NCBI RefSeq assembly: GCF_032444005.1
Contig: NC_091285.1
Coordinates: 39,618,001-39,682,000 of the forward strand
Direction: 5' to 3'
Length of the DNA: 64,000 bases
Source: Ranitomeya imitator
Lineage: Eukaryota
In this document: in pieces, positions 25,324-38,193 of the stretch
Layout of the letters: each line of letters opens with the position of its first letter
Numbering within the stretch: the stretch's first letter is position 1
Translations under genes and position numbers: made by a program
The notes under the pieces: model-generated
The model's input: the letters and a program-made list of their open reading frames with translations, nothing else
The model's database searches: none
What the model was told of the DNA's origin: nothing

Positions 25324-25960
25324 CAGTACAGACCAAAAGTTTGGACACACCTTCTCATTTAAAGATTTTTCTGTATTTTCATGACTATGAAAATTGTACA
25401 TTCACACTGAAGGCATACTGAACCAGCATGGCTACCACAGCATCTTGCAGCAGCATGCTATTCCATCCGGTTTGCGTTTAGTTGGACCATCATTTATTTT
25501 TCAACAGGACAATGACCCCAAACACACCTCCAGGCTGTGCAAGGGCTATTTGACAAAGAAGGAGAGTGACGGGGTGCTACGCCAGATGACCTGGCCTCCA
25601 CAGTCACCAGGGGTGAGCTGGAGCGCAAAGTGAAGGCAAAAGGGCCAACAAGTGCTAAGCATCTCTGGGAACTCCTTCAAGATTGTTGGAAAACCATTCC
25701 CGGTGACTATCTCTTGAAGCTCATCAAGAGAATGCCAAGAGTGTGCAAAGCAGTCATCAAAGCAAAAGGTGGCTACTTTGAAGAACCTAGAATATAAGAC
25801 ATAATTTCAGTAGTTTCACACTTTTTTGTTAACTATATAATTCCACATGTGTTAATTCATAGTTTTGATGCCTTCAGTGTGAATGTACAATTTTCATAGT
25901 CATGAAAATACAGAAAAATCTTTAAATGAGAAGGTGTGTCCAAACTTTTGGTCTGCACTG
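25324..25960 (+). mobile_element. Internally deleted DD38E Tc1 copy (637 bp)
   Basis: Same termini as 668-2290 with TA flanks. The left TIR is fused directly to mid-transposase at ACTGAAGGCAT, and a second deletion removes the LNPIE motif. Confidence 0.92.
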
Positions 25961-26449
25961 TATATATTTAGGTGTATGTATATATAGATTTCAGCTAATT
26001 TTATGGTAAGGTGAACAGTATCAGTCAAAATGATAACTCGTCCCACAAAAATAGAGGCAATAAGGCCTCATGCCGCCATGTTGCTGCAGAAGCATGAAGC
26101 CACGGCTCTAGAAAAACAAGGAGGCAAAAACAACCTCCAGAAAGCCTCAAGCAAAACTGTTCACATCAACCAATCACAGCTCCCTTTTCTTTTCTTTTCT
26201 TTTTACCTGAGCTGGAGCAATAAAACGGAGACGCTGATTGGTTGCTATGGGCAACAAGCACGCATTCTGAGTATTCCCAAGAATGACTACAGATCCGCCA
26301 TCTTTGTTACTGGAAAACGGATATCTGTGATCTCTCAAGCTGTGATTTTCCAAGATGAATAAATCCTTTCCGTTGCAGTTTCGTACAATATTACGGCCAT
26401 AAACATTATTCTTTTAGGAAAAAAAAGATCTCGCTTTACTGCGGTGACC

Positions 26450-26525
26450 CCGGAAGTGGCGAGGAGGAGCCACTTCCGGTTATGGGAGTGACCTTTGCCC
26501 CCTCCGCCCAACTTCCTTCCTTTCC
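26450..26525 (+). promoter_or_regulatory. RPS14: RPS14 core promoter: paired ETS/GABP sites and polypyrimidine (TCT/5'TOP) initiator
   Basis: CCGGAAGT at 26450-26457, inverted CACTTCCGG at 26471-26479, CTTCCTTCCTTTCC at 26512-26525 containing YCTYTYY. YY1-like AGATGGCGGC at 26606-26615 in a CpG-rich intron start. Confidence 0.8.
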
Positions 26526-26553
26526 TGTAGCGGCTCCTCGAGAAGACGTAGCA
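26520..26553 (+). other. RPS14: RPS14 non-coding exon 1 (start approximate)
   Basis: TOP-like start, ends …GAAGACGTAGCA before GTAAGT at 26554. Exon 2 begins AA-ATG, as expected for a non-coding first exon. Confidence 0.7.
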
Positions 26554-27141
26554 GTAAGTGCGGCCTCGGCAACCGAATCCGAATCCATCCTTCGTAACTG
26601 AGGGGAGATGGCGGCGGGGAGTAAGGGGGCACGGTGCTCGGTGTGGAGGGGGCCGGTGTACTGATATCGCCGGAGTCAGGGACACCCTGGGCTCTGCGGC
26701 CCCGCATGCTCCTCTACGGAGCGGAGGGTGGCTGTGCCTTATTTACATAGGACTGCAGGTCAGTGTGCGCCTCCAGGCCTCGCAGCTCGGCTGTTTCCCC
26801 CCATGGCTCCTCTCATGTGCTCGGGGTCCTAGTACCTGGCACCAGGGGTCCGCAGCCCCCTCTGGGATGGGCCAATATCTGCGCCTGTTAGTGCTCTGCT
26901 TCCCTTCCTCCGGTCCAGTCCTGAGCCCGGTGTCCCCATGTAATGTGCCCTAATATAGTGCTCACCTCCCTATAATTCGTCCATTGTTTGTGTTTCGCCA
27001 GAACATTAATGTATCACGCGGCCTTAACCCCTAGTTACCCCAGATGTTTTTATGTAACGTAATGAATCCTCGTTCTGTACTTACCAAACCGTGTTGCGTT
27101 TTTCTACCGTAGTTATTAAAGGGGTTGTCCGGCCTTGGGTT

Positions 27142-27392
27142 TAGTGCTCACCGAACCTGCTTGGATAAGGTGTTATCTGAGCATGCTCATGTTTTTAAAT
27201 TGATTATTTTCGGCGTGCTTGATAAATGTTTCGAGTCCCCCGTGGCTGCACGTCTTGCCACTGTCCGAAAGCCGCAACACTGGAGGGATTGCTCGATATG
27301 CTGCTTCTGCATGCAATAAGTTCGCAAGACACTCGGTTAGCACCCGAGCATGCTCAGATAACGCCTTATCCCGGCACGCTCGCTCATCTCTA
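27142..27392. mobile_element. Degenerate palindromic hAT-like MITE in RPS14 intron 1
   Basis: Inverted GATAAGGTGTTATCTGAGCATGCTC / GAGCATGCTCAGATAACGCCTTATC. Right end CGCTCATCTCTA resembles the MITE at 5686. Confidence 0.55.
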
Positions 27393-27821
27393 CTCGGGTT
27401 ATAAATTTACGTTCGATCTGTGATGGCAGGCTAGAGATTTGTCGTATTGTGCGTGCTGCGTGATGAGGACTCGCCAGTCTCGGTGCTGGCAGCAGGCAGT
27501 ATTTTGTATACATCCTGCCACAGTCCAGATAGACATGTCCAGGTTCTGTTCTCTCGCATTGAGCGAGGCTGCTCGTTTCTAGTCGGCCTGTGACCACCGC
27601 TCATATTGGGGAATCCTCGCTGTGCGCAAAAATCTGCAGTCAACCATTTGTAGGAGTGGTGAGGTCTCGGCTGCTGGGACCTTCACGGATCAGCAGAAGG
27701 ATCTGGACCACTGCTACATTGGTTCTGTGGGGCTACAAGATAAAGCTGAGCACATAGTGGATGCACATGGTGGCGCCATGTGCCGGTCGCAGCAGTCAGA
27801 CCCCCTCTAATCAACCAGTAA

Positions 27822-28106
27822 GTCTACGTTCACACTAGCGTTGCACCGCCCTGCGTCGGCGACGCACGGAAAAACGCGCGCAAAAACGCGCGCTTTTTGC
27901 GACGCGTGCGTCGTTTTTTGACGAAATCGGACGCAAGAAAAATGCAACTTGTAGCGTTTTCTTGCATCCGACGCTAGCTTCTAAAACGACGCACGTGTCG
28001 GAAAACGCGTGCAAAAAGACGCACGCGTCCCCTATGTTAAACATAGGGGCGCGTCGCCGCTGCGTCGCCGACGCAACAGCGGCGCGACGTTAATGTGAAC
28101 GTAGCC
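27822..28106. mobile_element. PIF/Harbinger-type MITE in RPS14 intron 1
   Basis: TIR G(T/G)CTACGTTCAC with TAA duplication (27819-27821, 28107-28109). Confidence 0.8.
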
Positions 28107-28391
28107 TAATTGGGGTCTGCGTAGCTTTTGGTTGGTGGCAGCAACCAAGATTAAGAAGCTTTACGCCTTCAGCTTGGCACGTGGCTGTGCCCAATAAGTG
28201 CAGCTGATGCCATGGCATTTTGCGCCCTGTTCTTCTGCCCCTGTGGCCCCCTACTCGCCCTACACCAATCCCTAGCATGTCCTCCCCCCATTCCTGCAGT
28301 TACTGATTTTGTCTGCGATTATACAGAAGCATTACAGCAGTGTCTGACCCGTATATGTGATAGGTGGGTGCCTATATAATGTCCTGTGTGA

Positions 28392-28556
<165 letters not shown>

Positions 28557-28602
28557 TAAGTGACCCCCCTCCCGATCCTAAAGCTGTAGTGTAGTCACGT
28601 GA

Positions 28603-28800
<198 letters not shown>

Positions 28801-30475
28801 TAATGGACGAGAAGAGGCACCGTGTTGGGTGACCCTTAAGGTATATTCCCACTGGTTGGACGCTGCGTACATCCACAGCCGCCAGATGTTACACCATAGT
28901 GGAGGGGACTTAGAGAAATCTCATCTCCACTATGCTGCACTTTTCGAGACCGCAGCATGTCAATTTATCTTGCGGAGATGCTTAGTCTCCTCAAGATAAC
29001 TTGCTGTATATGTTTGGCAGTGGAGAGCCGCAGAGCAATGCCCTAGGAATGGGACCACTGGCATCTATAAATGTGTGAAATGGGAAGAGGAAAAATGTGA
29101 ATCGGTGAATTCAGTTGCGTTATTCTCCGGTCAACCCAAAAATGCAGTATTTGGGCTCAGATGATGTGATGGTATGCCAGGATCCCGCTGCAGGAACAGT
29201 GTTTCACATGGCTGCGCTGACTTGCACATTACACCCTGATGTGTCCGATTGCTGCCTGTGGAGCCATTCAGTGACCGTTTAGGGGGCCTTATGTCAGTCT
29301 ATGGTAGAGATTGGCTTCACCTGTGGCTGTCAGCTGCAGACCACTGTAAAGGGACTGTTGGCACAAAGTCCATACACTGGGTGCATCACGGCTGCCAACC
29401 ATTTTATATCCACCTTCCCACCTGCTTGGTTTCCATCTATCTCTTCTCTGCCTCTATGAAGCCAGAGCTGTCAATCAAAGTAGAGCATGGTGGTGAGAAA
29501 ACAAGCAGGTGGGAAGTTGTATATAAATGGCTCCACCATGAAGCAGCAGGGCTTGGTCTGAACAGTCATTCTATGCTAGGCCCTTTAAAAAGTCCGCTTT
29601 AGAATTAAAATAAATAAAAATTCTAGTGTAAATGATCATGGGTTGAATCTACTTACAGCAGTAAGCCATGTCTTCCCTTAAGAGAGATCCACACTAGTCC
29701 TTAAGATCCTGCCATGAGATTCTTGCTGCCCGAACCACAGGCAGCAGCACTTCAGAGGAAACCTGTTTATAAAGGCCAACTGGGGACCATTGATTGTGAG
29801 TGCCCAGCCCGAGGCTTCTCCACCCTGATCCTTCTGACGGTTCTTTTATACACAAAGGGGGTGAGCTGTCCTTATAGGGGAAGTGGCAGCGAGATGCCAC
29901 CGGGACCTGTCTTGGGCTAGTCATTCAAGGCACATGGTCGTGGGCATTCAGAAGTTTCAGGGTACATTAACGGTACCGGGGCCCAATTCCTGCTGCCACT
30001 AGTTCAGGCAATATTAGATTAAGTGTCTTGCTCTCTGCACCCCCACAGTCATCTGTTAGAGGGGCAGCAGGGTACATGTGACCGCTGTAGCCACCTTTTA
30101 CATTGGCTTGTATGTTCCCCGTCACTCTTGTAGCTGCAGGTAGACACTGAGGGAGGCAGCAGCACTCGCATGCGCCGTACGACCACTTCATACGTGTTCA
30201 CTAGAGGTACTAAAGGTTAGATTTGCCATGCTGCATCTGTGCCTGATGGTCACCCAGTCAGTATGGCTTGTTGGCCTCCTCAGCGCCCTATGTAGGGTGT
30301 TAGTCAATAAGTTGAAGGGTTTCTACCGCACCATATACCTCCACACCGGGGGTAAGAGGCACCGCTGCAGAAACCTGTCGTCGGTGCCACTTGTGGATGT
30401 GATGGGGGATTCTTTAAGCCCTCGTGTCTTTTTGTTATTGCCAATATATTCATGTCAATAAGCACAAATTTATAG

Positions 30476-30616
<141 letters not shown>

Positions 30617-31419
30617 TAAAGGGGGTTGTCCACTACTCGAACTACTTAAGTGCTATGTAACACCTTGTAAAATAGCACGAGCCTATGCTCTGCTCCTCCA
30701 CTGCTCTCCTGTGGCTCCTATCAACTTGGTAGATGATGTCAGCCGCCACTTCAGATGACTTGGACATCCAGTAAAAGTGAGAGCTGCTGCCGACTTCCCC
30801 CAAATTATCGTTAGGTAGGAAGGAAGTGAGTGAAGTGACCGCTGCAGGGCTTGTATGATGTCTCAAGGCCATATGAGACCCACTGCCATCATCGCTGGAA
30901 AGTGCTGGTATCTGAGGGGAGCATAGGTTGGCTTTATTTTATAAGATGGCATATCGCGTTTGAGTAGTGGAGATCCCCTAATGTGATAATGTGTGCCAAA
31001 CTGTAAAGCGCTGCGGAATATGTTAGCGCTATATAAAAATAAAGATTATTATTATTATTATTATCCCCTGTAATGGTAAATATTCTGTACTCATGGGGAA
31101 ATGCAGACTAGGCATTAGTAGAAGGCGATGTGTTTTGTGCCTTTTCAGGAGGGCACCCATCCTCTACTTCCTGGCATGCTGGGTGAATCGCTTCTCCTTG
31201 ATTTGTTTGGACCAGTGATCTCCCTGCGACATTGGCCCAAACTGTTTTGCTTTGTGGAGACCACTTTGCCTGTCCAGTGTCTGAAGCAAAAGTGGCCCCG
31301 ATACGGCCCGCTGCAGAGCAGTGCTTACAAGATCTGTGGGAAAGAGCTTGTAAGCACTGCATGTTTACGGTCACTTCAGAATGACGTTGTGCACAAATGT
31401 CTTCTATTAGTCTTCATAG

Positions 31420-31638
<219 letters not shown>

Positions 31639-31664
31639 TTTTCCAGCCTTGTCCATCAGTTGTT

Positions 31665-31670
31665 AATAAA
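31665..31670 (+). terminator. RPS14: RPS14 polyadenylation signal
   Basis: AATAAA 27 nt after the stop codon, with a T-rich tract downstream. Confidence 0.8.
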
Positions 31671-31963
31671 ATTGCCAGACCAAAACCAACGAGTCGCTTT
31701 TTATTTTACTAGATGTAGTTGAATTTTATTCAGGCAATGGAAACCATCCACATGATGCCAGTCACAGTGAAGGTCAGATTTATAGGGGATCTAAAGAGAC
31801 ACATCTGATTCGGGAGGACGGCAGCATTGGATGTCGTATTATGTGGGTCTTCTTCCCTAGAGGTTCTACCAGAGATGGGCGCAATGATCGAGGGCAGAGT
31901 CGGCAGAAGGGGGTATTGTGGCGCATGTGGCCTCGTGCACGGAGTACAGACCATGGTGTTTAA

Positions 31964-32719
31964 CCCCTTCATGACTTTGGGATTTTTCGTTTTTCCGTGT
32001 TCGTTTTTCACTCCCCTCCCTCCCAGAGCCATAACTTTTTTATTTTTCCGTAAATATGGCCATGTGAGGGCTTATTTTTTGCGTGCCGAGATGACGTTTT
32101 TAATGATGGCATTTTGGTGCAGATACGTTCTTTTGATCGCCCGTTATTGCATTTTAATGCAATGTCGCGGCGACCAAAAAACGTAATTCTGGCGTTTTGA
32201 ATTTTTTTCTCGCCACGCTGTTCAGCGATCAGGTTAATGCTTTTTTTTTTAATTGATAGATCTGGCGATTCTGAGCACGGTGATACCAAATATGTGTAGA
32301 TTTGAATTTTTTTTTTTTTTTTTTGTGATTTTTGATTGGGGAGAAAGGGGGGTGATTTAAACATATATATACAGGGTGGCGCTCACAGCTACCGGCGATC
32401 AGTAACCATAGAGGTCTCTAGGACCTCTATGGTTACAATGGAGACGCATCGCCGACCTCCGATCATGTGACGGGGGTTGGCGATGACGTCATTTCCGGCC
32501 GGATGCGGTAGTTAAATGCCGCTGTCTGCGTTTGACAGCGGCATTTAACTAGTTAATAGGCGCGGGCAGATCGCGATTCTGCCCGCGCCTATTACGGGCA
32601 CATGTCAGCTGTTCAAAACAGCTGACATGTCCCGGCTTTGATGCGGGCTCACCGCGGAGCCCTGCATCAAAGCGGGATCTGACCTCCGACGTACTATCCC
32701 GTCCGAGGTCAGAAAGGGG
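31964..32719. mobile_element. 756-bp TTAA/piggyBac-type MITE
   Basis: TTAA|CCCCTT ... AAAGGGG|TTAA. The right end GTCAGAAAGGGG and the nearby GACGTACTATCCC match the hairpin end of the 5-kb elements. Confidence 0.85.
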
Positions 32720-33808
32720 TTAAAGGAGATTCCTGTTTGTTTTTTTGAACTGATCTTTAGTCTTCCCTGGTCAAGCCTCGAGTCTCCGCTGTGTTTCCAG
32801 GGTCTGCTATTGTTTGCAGTGCTGATGTCACATCGACGGTGCAGCGGCCTAACTTGATGTTTTGGTTTTTTTTTTCCGGAGGCGTTTTACTCGCTGATTG
32901 TCTTCAGCGCTGTTGACATGAAGTGAGCACTAAAGACACTTAACACATGCCAAAGGTAGCAGTGGAGACTCCACACTGGACCTGGGGAGGGTGGGTAAAG
33001 CTAAATGGATTATTATTTTGTTATAACTTCTCCAGGGTAAAGGGATTTTCTGAAACTGCTTCAGTTTCTGCAGAGATGTCTGGTAGCTCCCTGCAGAGCA
33101 CATCTCGCAGATCGGGGGGCTTCTGTACACTTCTCATTGTACAGTGTCTGTATAATTCCATACATTCCATATCTTACTATGCAGAAGACCACCGCAAACT
33201 GTCTACAATAGGACGTGTTCATACAGGAGTCCTTATCGGTGACATGGGGGTCTTCATCACATCTGAGCGGGCTCGAACACATCACGTATTACACTCCATC
33301 TGGGAGGCGAAACGCAGAACCGACCGTGTGCCGCATCGTCCTCCTCCTCCTGCACATTATTAAAAAAAAAAATAGTCATTTTGTGTAACAGTGTATTCTA
33401 TATGGCAGTGCCCCTACAGAAACCCACGAGAACGCTGCCGAAAGATTTACTGTCGCTATGCTAAATTATTCTATGGGTTCACATGTAGAAAAAAAAAACG
33501 ACTCCAACGCAAGTAACCAAATTTACATAATGGGTGCAGAAAATATGTAACCCCAAAAGCTCGTGGCGGGAACATGGCCTTTGTGCTATTGATGATGTAG
33601 ATTTCCTATTGGGGCATTTTGTATCTTTTTTTTTTTTAGTGTTTTCGCAAGTGGAAATGCACTAAAAATGCACGTGCATTTTTTATCTGTGGGTTTTTTT
33701 TTTTTTTGCATCTAATGAAATTTTATGTGGTAAATTGTTGCAGATTTCAAAACAAAACTGCAGCTTTAAAAAAAAGAAAAACACCCAGTGGGCAGGAGAT
33801 TTCTGTAA

Positions 33809-34150
33809 GGGTATGTGCACACGTTGCGGATCCGCAGCGTTTTTTTGCAGTGCGGAAACGCTGCAGATCAGCAATTGATTTACAGTACAATGTAAATCAA
33901 TGAGAAAAAAAAATGCTGTGCACACTTTGCGGAAACGCTGCGGTTTAAAAGAAGTAGCATGTCACTACTTTTTTGTGATTCTGCAGCGTTTTTGTACCCA
34001 TTCCATTATAGAAAACCGCAGGGGTAAAAAATGCAGCAAAAACGTGGAACCGCACAAAACGCGACAAATCCGCAGGTGCGTTTTCTGCCAGGGGAGACAG
34101 AATCCGCACCAGAAATTCCTAAGCCTAATCCGCAACGTGTGCACATAGCC
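33809..34150. mobile_element. PIF/Harbinger-type MITE (same family as 7795-8118)
   Basis: TIR GG(G/C)TATGTGCACACGTTGCGG, TAA duplication. Confidence 0.85.
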
Positions 34151-35738
34151 TAAATCCGATCATTTTACTGGAACTGACGCTGCGTTTTTTGCGCAGTGAA
34201 AATACTCCGGGTCAAAAACTCAGTGGGAACTTAACCTTAGCGGATTTGAACCTCCCATTGCTTATATCGCAGTATTGCTGTGTTTAGTGTACATTTTTCA
34301 TGCAGGCTGTGTAACACAGCTGGCGTCTGCCTGATGTGAAGCAGGATCGGCTGCTGAGCCTGCTCCATCCACAAGGATTCAACAGGTTATGTTTTCTCTG
34401 AAACACCATAACAAAAACATAAAGATCTGGCTGGGGACCATAGCAGGAAACCAGATTAGCCGCTCTCTGCCCTTGGCCGGCTATTCCCAGCGCTGCTAAA
34501 GGTGATTGACAAGTTTTTTTTCCATGGGAGAAATCTTAGTCACCTGCAACAGCGATGGGAAGAGTCGTCGATGGTCGACCACGACTAGTCTGGTCTCCGG
34601 ATGTGGTCACTCTCCAGATCTCCTACCCCTGAGCATCTTATGGAAAGATATACCCTGCTGCACTCATGCAGCCCAGCTCAGATTCATGATGCCTGTGCTT
34701 TAGGCTGCATGAATCGGCTGACAGGTGCCCTCTCTATCATCTCTATCTCTATCATCTCTATCATAATAATAAGGTGTCCTGCAGTAACTGTGTTCTGTCA
34801 GAAGGTGGCGCAATGTGAGCGACATATAGTAAAATGCGTATACAGGCGTATTACGTCCTCGCATAGGTCTGGCCAGTTTCCAGTCTGCATAGCTAAGCAG
34901 GATAAAATCCTATTTGATTCAATGTATTGTGTAACTCGAGGGAGACTGGATGCAACTGTAACAAACCCTCAGCTGTGAGAAGTGCAAGGATCCCATACAT
35001 TTAGTATCCTGACTTCTTTTTATAAGTGATTCATGATGGATCCAGACAATGATTGTTCCTGTTGATGATAAAAGACCTCATGAAGCCCAGACAGGTCTGT
35101 GCAGGTTTTCAGCTCCCAGTGTAAACACAAACCGTTCCATTCACTGACCGCAAGCCGAGATCTCGACAATGGCGAGAAATGTATTTACAGTAGATTGGAA
35201 TGTTGCAATACCCGGAAAATCCCTTATTTCCTGGAATTGTTGCACCTGATGATTATGTGGTCAGTCAAGGGGAGGAGGACATTCCAGTGAAAATTCACCC
35301 CACCCCCTCACACCGAACTTCTACACCTCCTCCGAAGGATGGCTTAAAGGGGTGTTCCAAAATCCAAAGGAATTTTCATTCTAAATCCCTGTCTATTTAG
35401 TGTCATAATCAAAACCGTTATCTAACATACAGTACTTGTATTAACCATTTCTGTCCTTCCCGCACTACACTGTCTTAACTGCTTTTTTCCTTTTTCAAGA
35501 CATTTTGAGAATCCCAGTGCATGCTGGGATATGCAAATGAAGCTCATCAAGGGACAGAGGCAGTGGTCACTGCTGCAGCCTCTGCCCCCCCCCCCCCCCC
35601 TTAAATTTATTTTACTCGCTTATATAGCTCCATTAATTCCACAGCGCTTTACAGGTGTTTTTGGCACTGTCCCCGTTGGGGCTCACAATCTAGATTTCCT
35701 ATCATGTAGGTCTTATGGAGTGAGGCAGGAAACTAGAG

Positions 35739-35922
35739 CAGAGGTGTCAAACTGCATTCCTCGAGGGCCGCAAACAGGTCATGTTTTCAGGATTTCCTTG
35801 CATTGCACAGGTGATAATTTAATCACCTGCACAGAATGATTCCAGCACCTTGTGCAATGCAAAAGAAATCTTGAAAACACGCATGGTCTGAGGCCCTCGA
35901 GGAATGCAGTTTGACACCCCTG
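35739..35922. mobile_element. hAT MITE
   Basis: TIR CAG(A/G)GGTGTCAAACTGCATTCCTCGAGGGC, 8-bp flanks AACTAGAG/ATCTAGAG. Confidence 0.85.
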
Positions 35923-35933
35923 ATCTAGAGACC

Positions 35934-36983
35934 TGTTGTGAATTCTGCTCTTGGGTTCCCTCCAGTGGTGGTAGGTGGGAATGCAGTTGTCTCTGAGTCA
36001 CAGTCCTGGCCAGGTGTATCTGCTAATTGCTGTTCTGACTGGGATATTTAAGTGTGCAGGATTCATTAGCCGTTGTCAATGTTTCTTTGGAAGTATTGGC
36101 CTCACCTGCTTAGCTGGGAATTTCAGCAAAGATAAGTGTTTGGTTTTTGTATCTGTGGCACACTGTTGTGTGCTTGTTTCAGTTTTTTCCTGCTCTGTTT
36201 GTATGATTCACTGGAGTTGCAGATATACGCTCCTACATTTTTAGTTGGATGTAGGATGTTTTTTGTATATTCTGCTGTGGATTTTTTGAAGGGTTTTAGT
36301 ACTGACCGCACAGAACTGTGTCCTATCCTGTCCTATCTAGCTAGAGTGGCCTCCTGTGCAATCCTGTTTTTTCTGCCTGTGTATGTTTTTTCCTCTCCGA
36401 CTCACCGCCAATATTTGTGGGGGGCTGTCTATCCTTTGGGGATTTTCTCTGAGGCAAGATAGTATTCCGATATCCATCTTTAGGGGAATTTAGTCCTCCG
36501 GCTGTGACTAGGTGTCTAGGTGTGTTAGGTACACTCCACGGCTACTTCTAGTTGCGGTGTTACGTTCAGGTTTGCGGTCAGTATAGTGGCCACTTTCTCC
36601 AGTGAAAGTTCTCATGCAGCTCCTAGGTCACCAGATCATAATAGTACAACTGGCCAAGATGTAGGAGCGTATATCTGCAACTCCAGTGAATCCTACAAAC
36701 AGAGCAGGAAAAAACTGAAACAAGCACACAACAGTGTGCTACAGATACAAAAAACAAAACACTTATCTTTGCTGAAATTGGCAGCTAAGCAGGTGAGGCC
36801 AGGCAGAGATCCAATACTTCCAAAGAAACATTGACAACTGGCAAGGGCTAATGAATCCTGCACACTTAAATATCCCAGTCAGAACAGCAATTAGCAGATA
36901 CACCTGGCCAGGACTGTGACTCAGAGACAACTGCATTCCCACCTACCACCACTGGAGGGAACCCAAGAGCAGAATTCACAACA
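35934..36983. mobile_element. LTR-derived element with two inverted copies of the same LTR end
   Basis: Both ends read TGTTGTGAATTCTGCTCTTGGG inward. Arms at 35934-36239 and 36658-36983, flanked by direct repeat GAGACC. Confidence 0.75.
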
Positions 36984-38138
36984 GAGACCCCAGAAGAAAC
37001 CATTCAAACATGGGAAGAACATACAAACTCTTTGCATATCAAAGTGATGCTCATTTCAGTGGCTGGGCTAGTCCCTATGCGACGTGCACAATGACAGTGC
37101 GCTCTCTGGGCGCTCAGTTCAGCAGTAACAAATCGTCAAGAACAGTGTCAGAATACCAGTGGCATCACTTGTGGAGGTGTCACTGGTCTCTCCATGCTGG
37201 GTATTCTGACAACGTGCTCTGCAGCCGATTTATTACTACTGATCTGAGCTGGCGGTGAGAGAGTGCACTGTCATTGTGCACACCACGCAGAGACTAGCCC
37301 AGCCAATGAAACAGGCATCACTGATTGTTCCATTTCAGAGAGGGGGCAGAAGCTTCACCCTCTGCCCCTCTGATGATACTTCATTTGGGTATCCCAGCAT
37401 GCACTGGGATTCTCAAACGAAGTGTCATCAAAAGTGAATTTGGAGCAAAAAAAAGAGAAAAGCAGTCAGATAGTGTAGTGAGGGAAGGATAGGAGAATAT
37501 TTAATTCAAGTATATTAGAAAATAGTTTATATTATGGCATGGAATAGATAAGGATTAAAGCTGAAAATAAATTTGAATTTTTTAACCGCCCCTTTAAGGC
37601 TAAGCACGTATGATCAGATGAGACAAAGTCTACTAATGTGACTTATTTCTGACTGGTAGTGCTCAGAAGTGTGAGCACAGATTGTAGGCAAGTGCAAAGT
37701 GACTGCAACATGTACCATTTACCATCTGTGCAGAAACAATGGAGCATCTCTGCCACGACTGCTGAACTGCCAGCGCCAGCCTCTGACATGATGGCTCATC
37801 AACCGCAAAACCATTGCAGAGGATCTCCAGGTCGGAGCTACTCATTTACATTAATATATTTGTATTTAAATAAATCCAGCTGAGCTGTAATACCAGATAC
37901 AACCAGTGGACAAGGATGGCGCTGTTTCAGGAAAAATAAAATTCATGCAATTTCTTTGCACGGTTTACGCCATAACAGAGGCTTTTTTGTTGTTTTACTT
38001 TAAAAATTGTTCTCTTGCATCCTGCTGGAGGTTTTCTGCCTTGGTGACGTGTTTTTGCACATACCATTAGTTATTGAAACTTGGGTCTATGAAGACTGTG
38101 ATTTCATGTTTGTGGTAGGAAGTCTGTTCACACATTGT

Positions 38139-38141
<3 letters not shown>

Positions 38142-38188
<47 letters not shown>
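38142..38188. repeat. (TA)n microsatellite
   Basis: Pure TA run. Confidence 0.95.

Positions 38189-38193
<5 letters not shown>

Larger units (their letters stand above)
35605..37045 (-). mobile_element. V-SINE-like copy split by a hAT MITE and an inverted LTR structure
   Basis: SINE sequence GGGGCTCACAATCTAG…GGAAACTAGAG resumes after 36983 as ACCCCAGAAGAAACC…AGAACATACAAACTCTTTGCA. Boundaries approximate. Confidence 0.7.

Noticed and set aside
27460-27570. Possible C/D snoRNA (GTGATGA) in RPS14 intron 1
   Set aside because: No CTGA D box at a suitable distance, no terminal stem and no rRNA-complementary guide recognised.
30853-30915. Possible C/D snoRNA (ATGATGT…CTGA) in RPS14 intron 4
   Set aside because: Imperfect C box, weak terminal pairing, far from the 3' splice site, and no guide identified.
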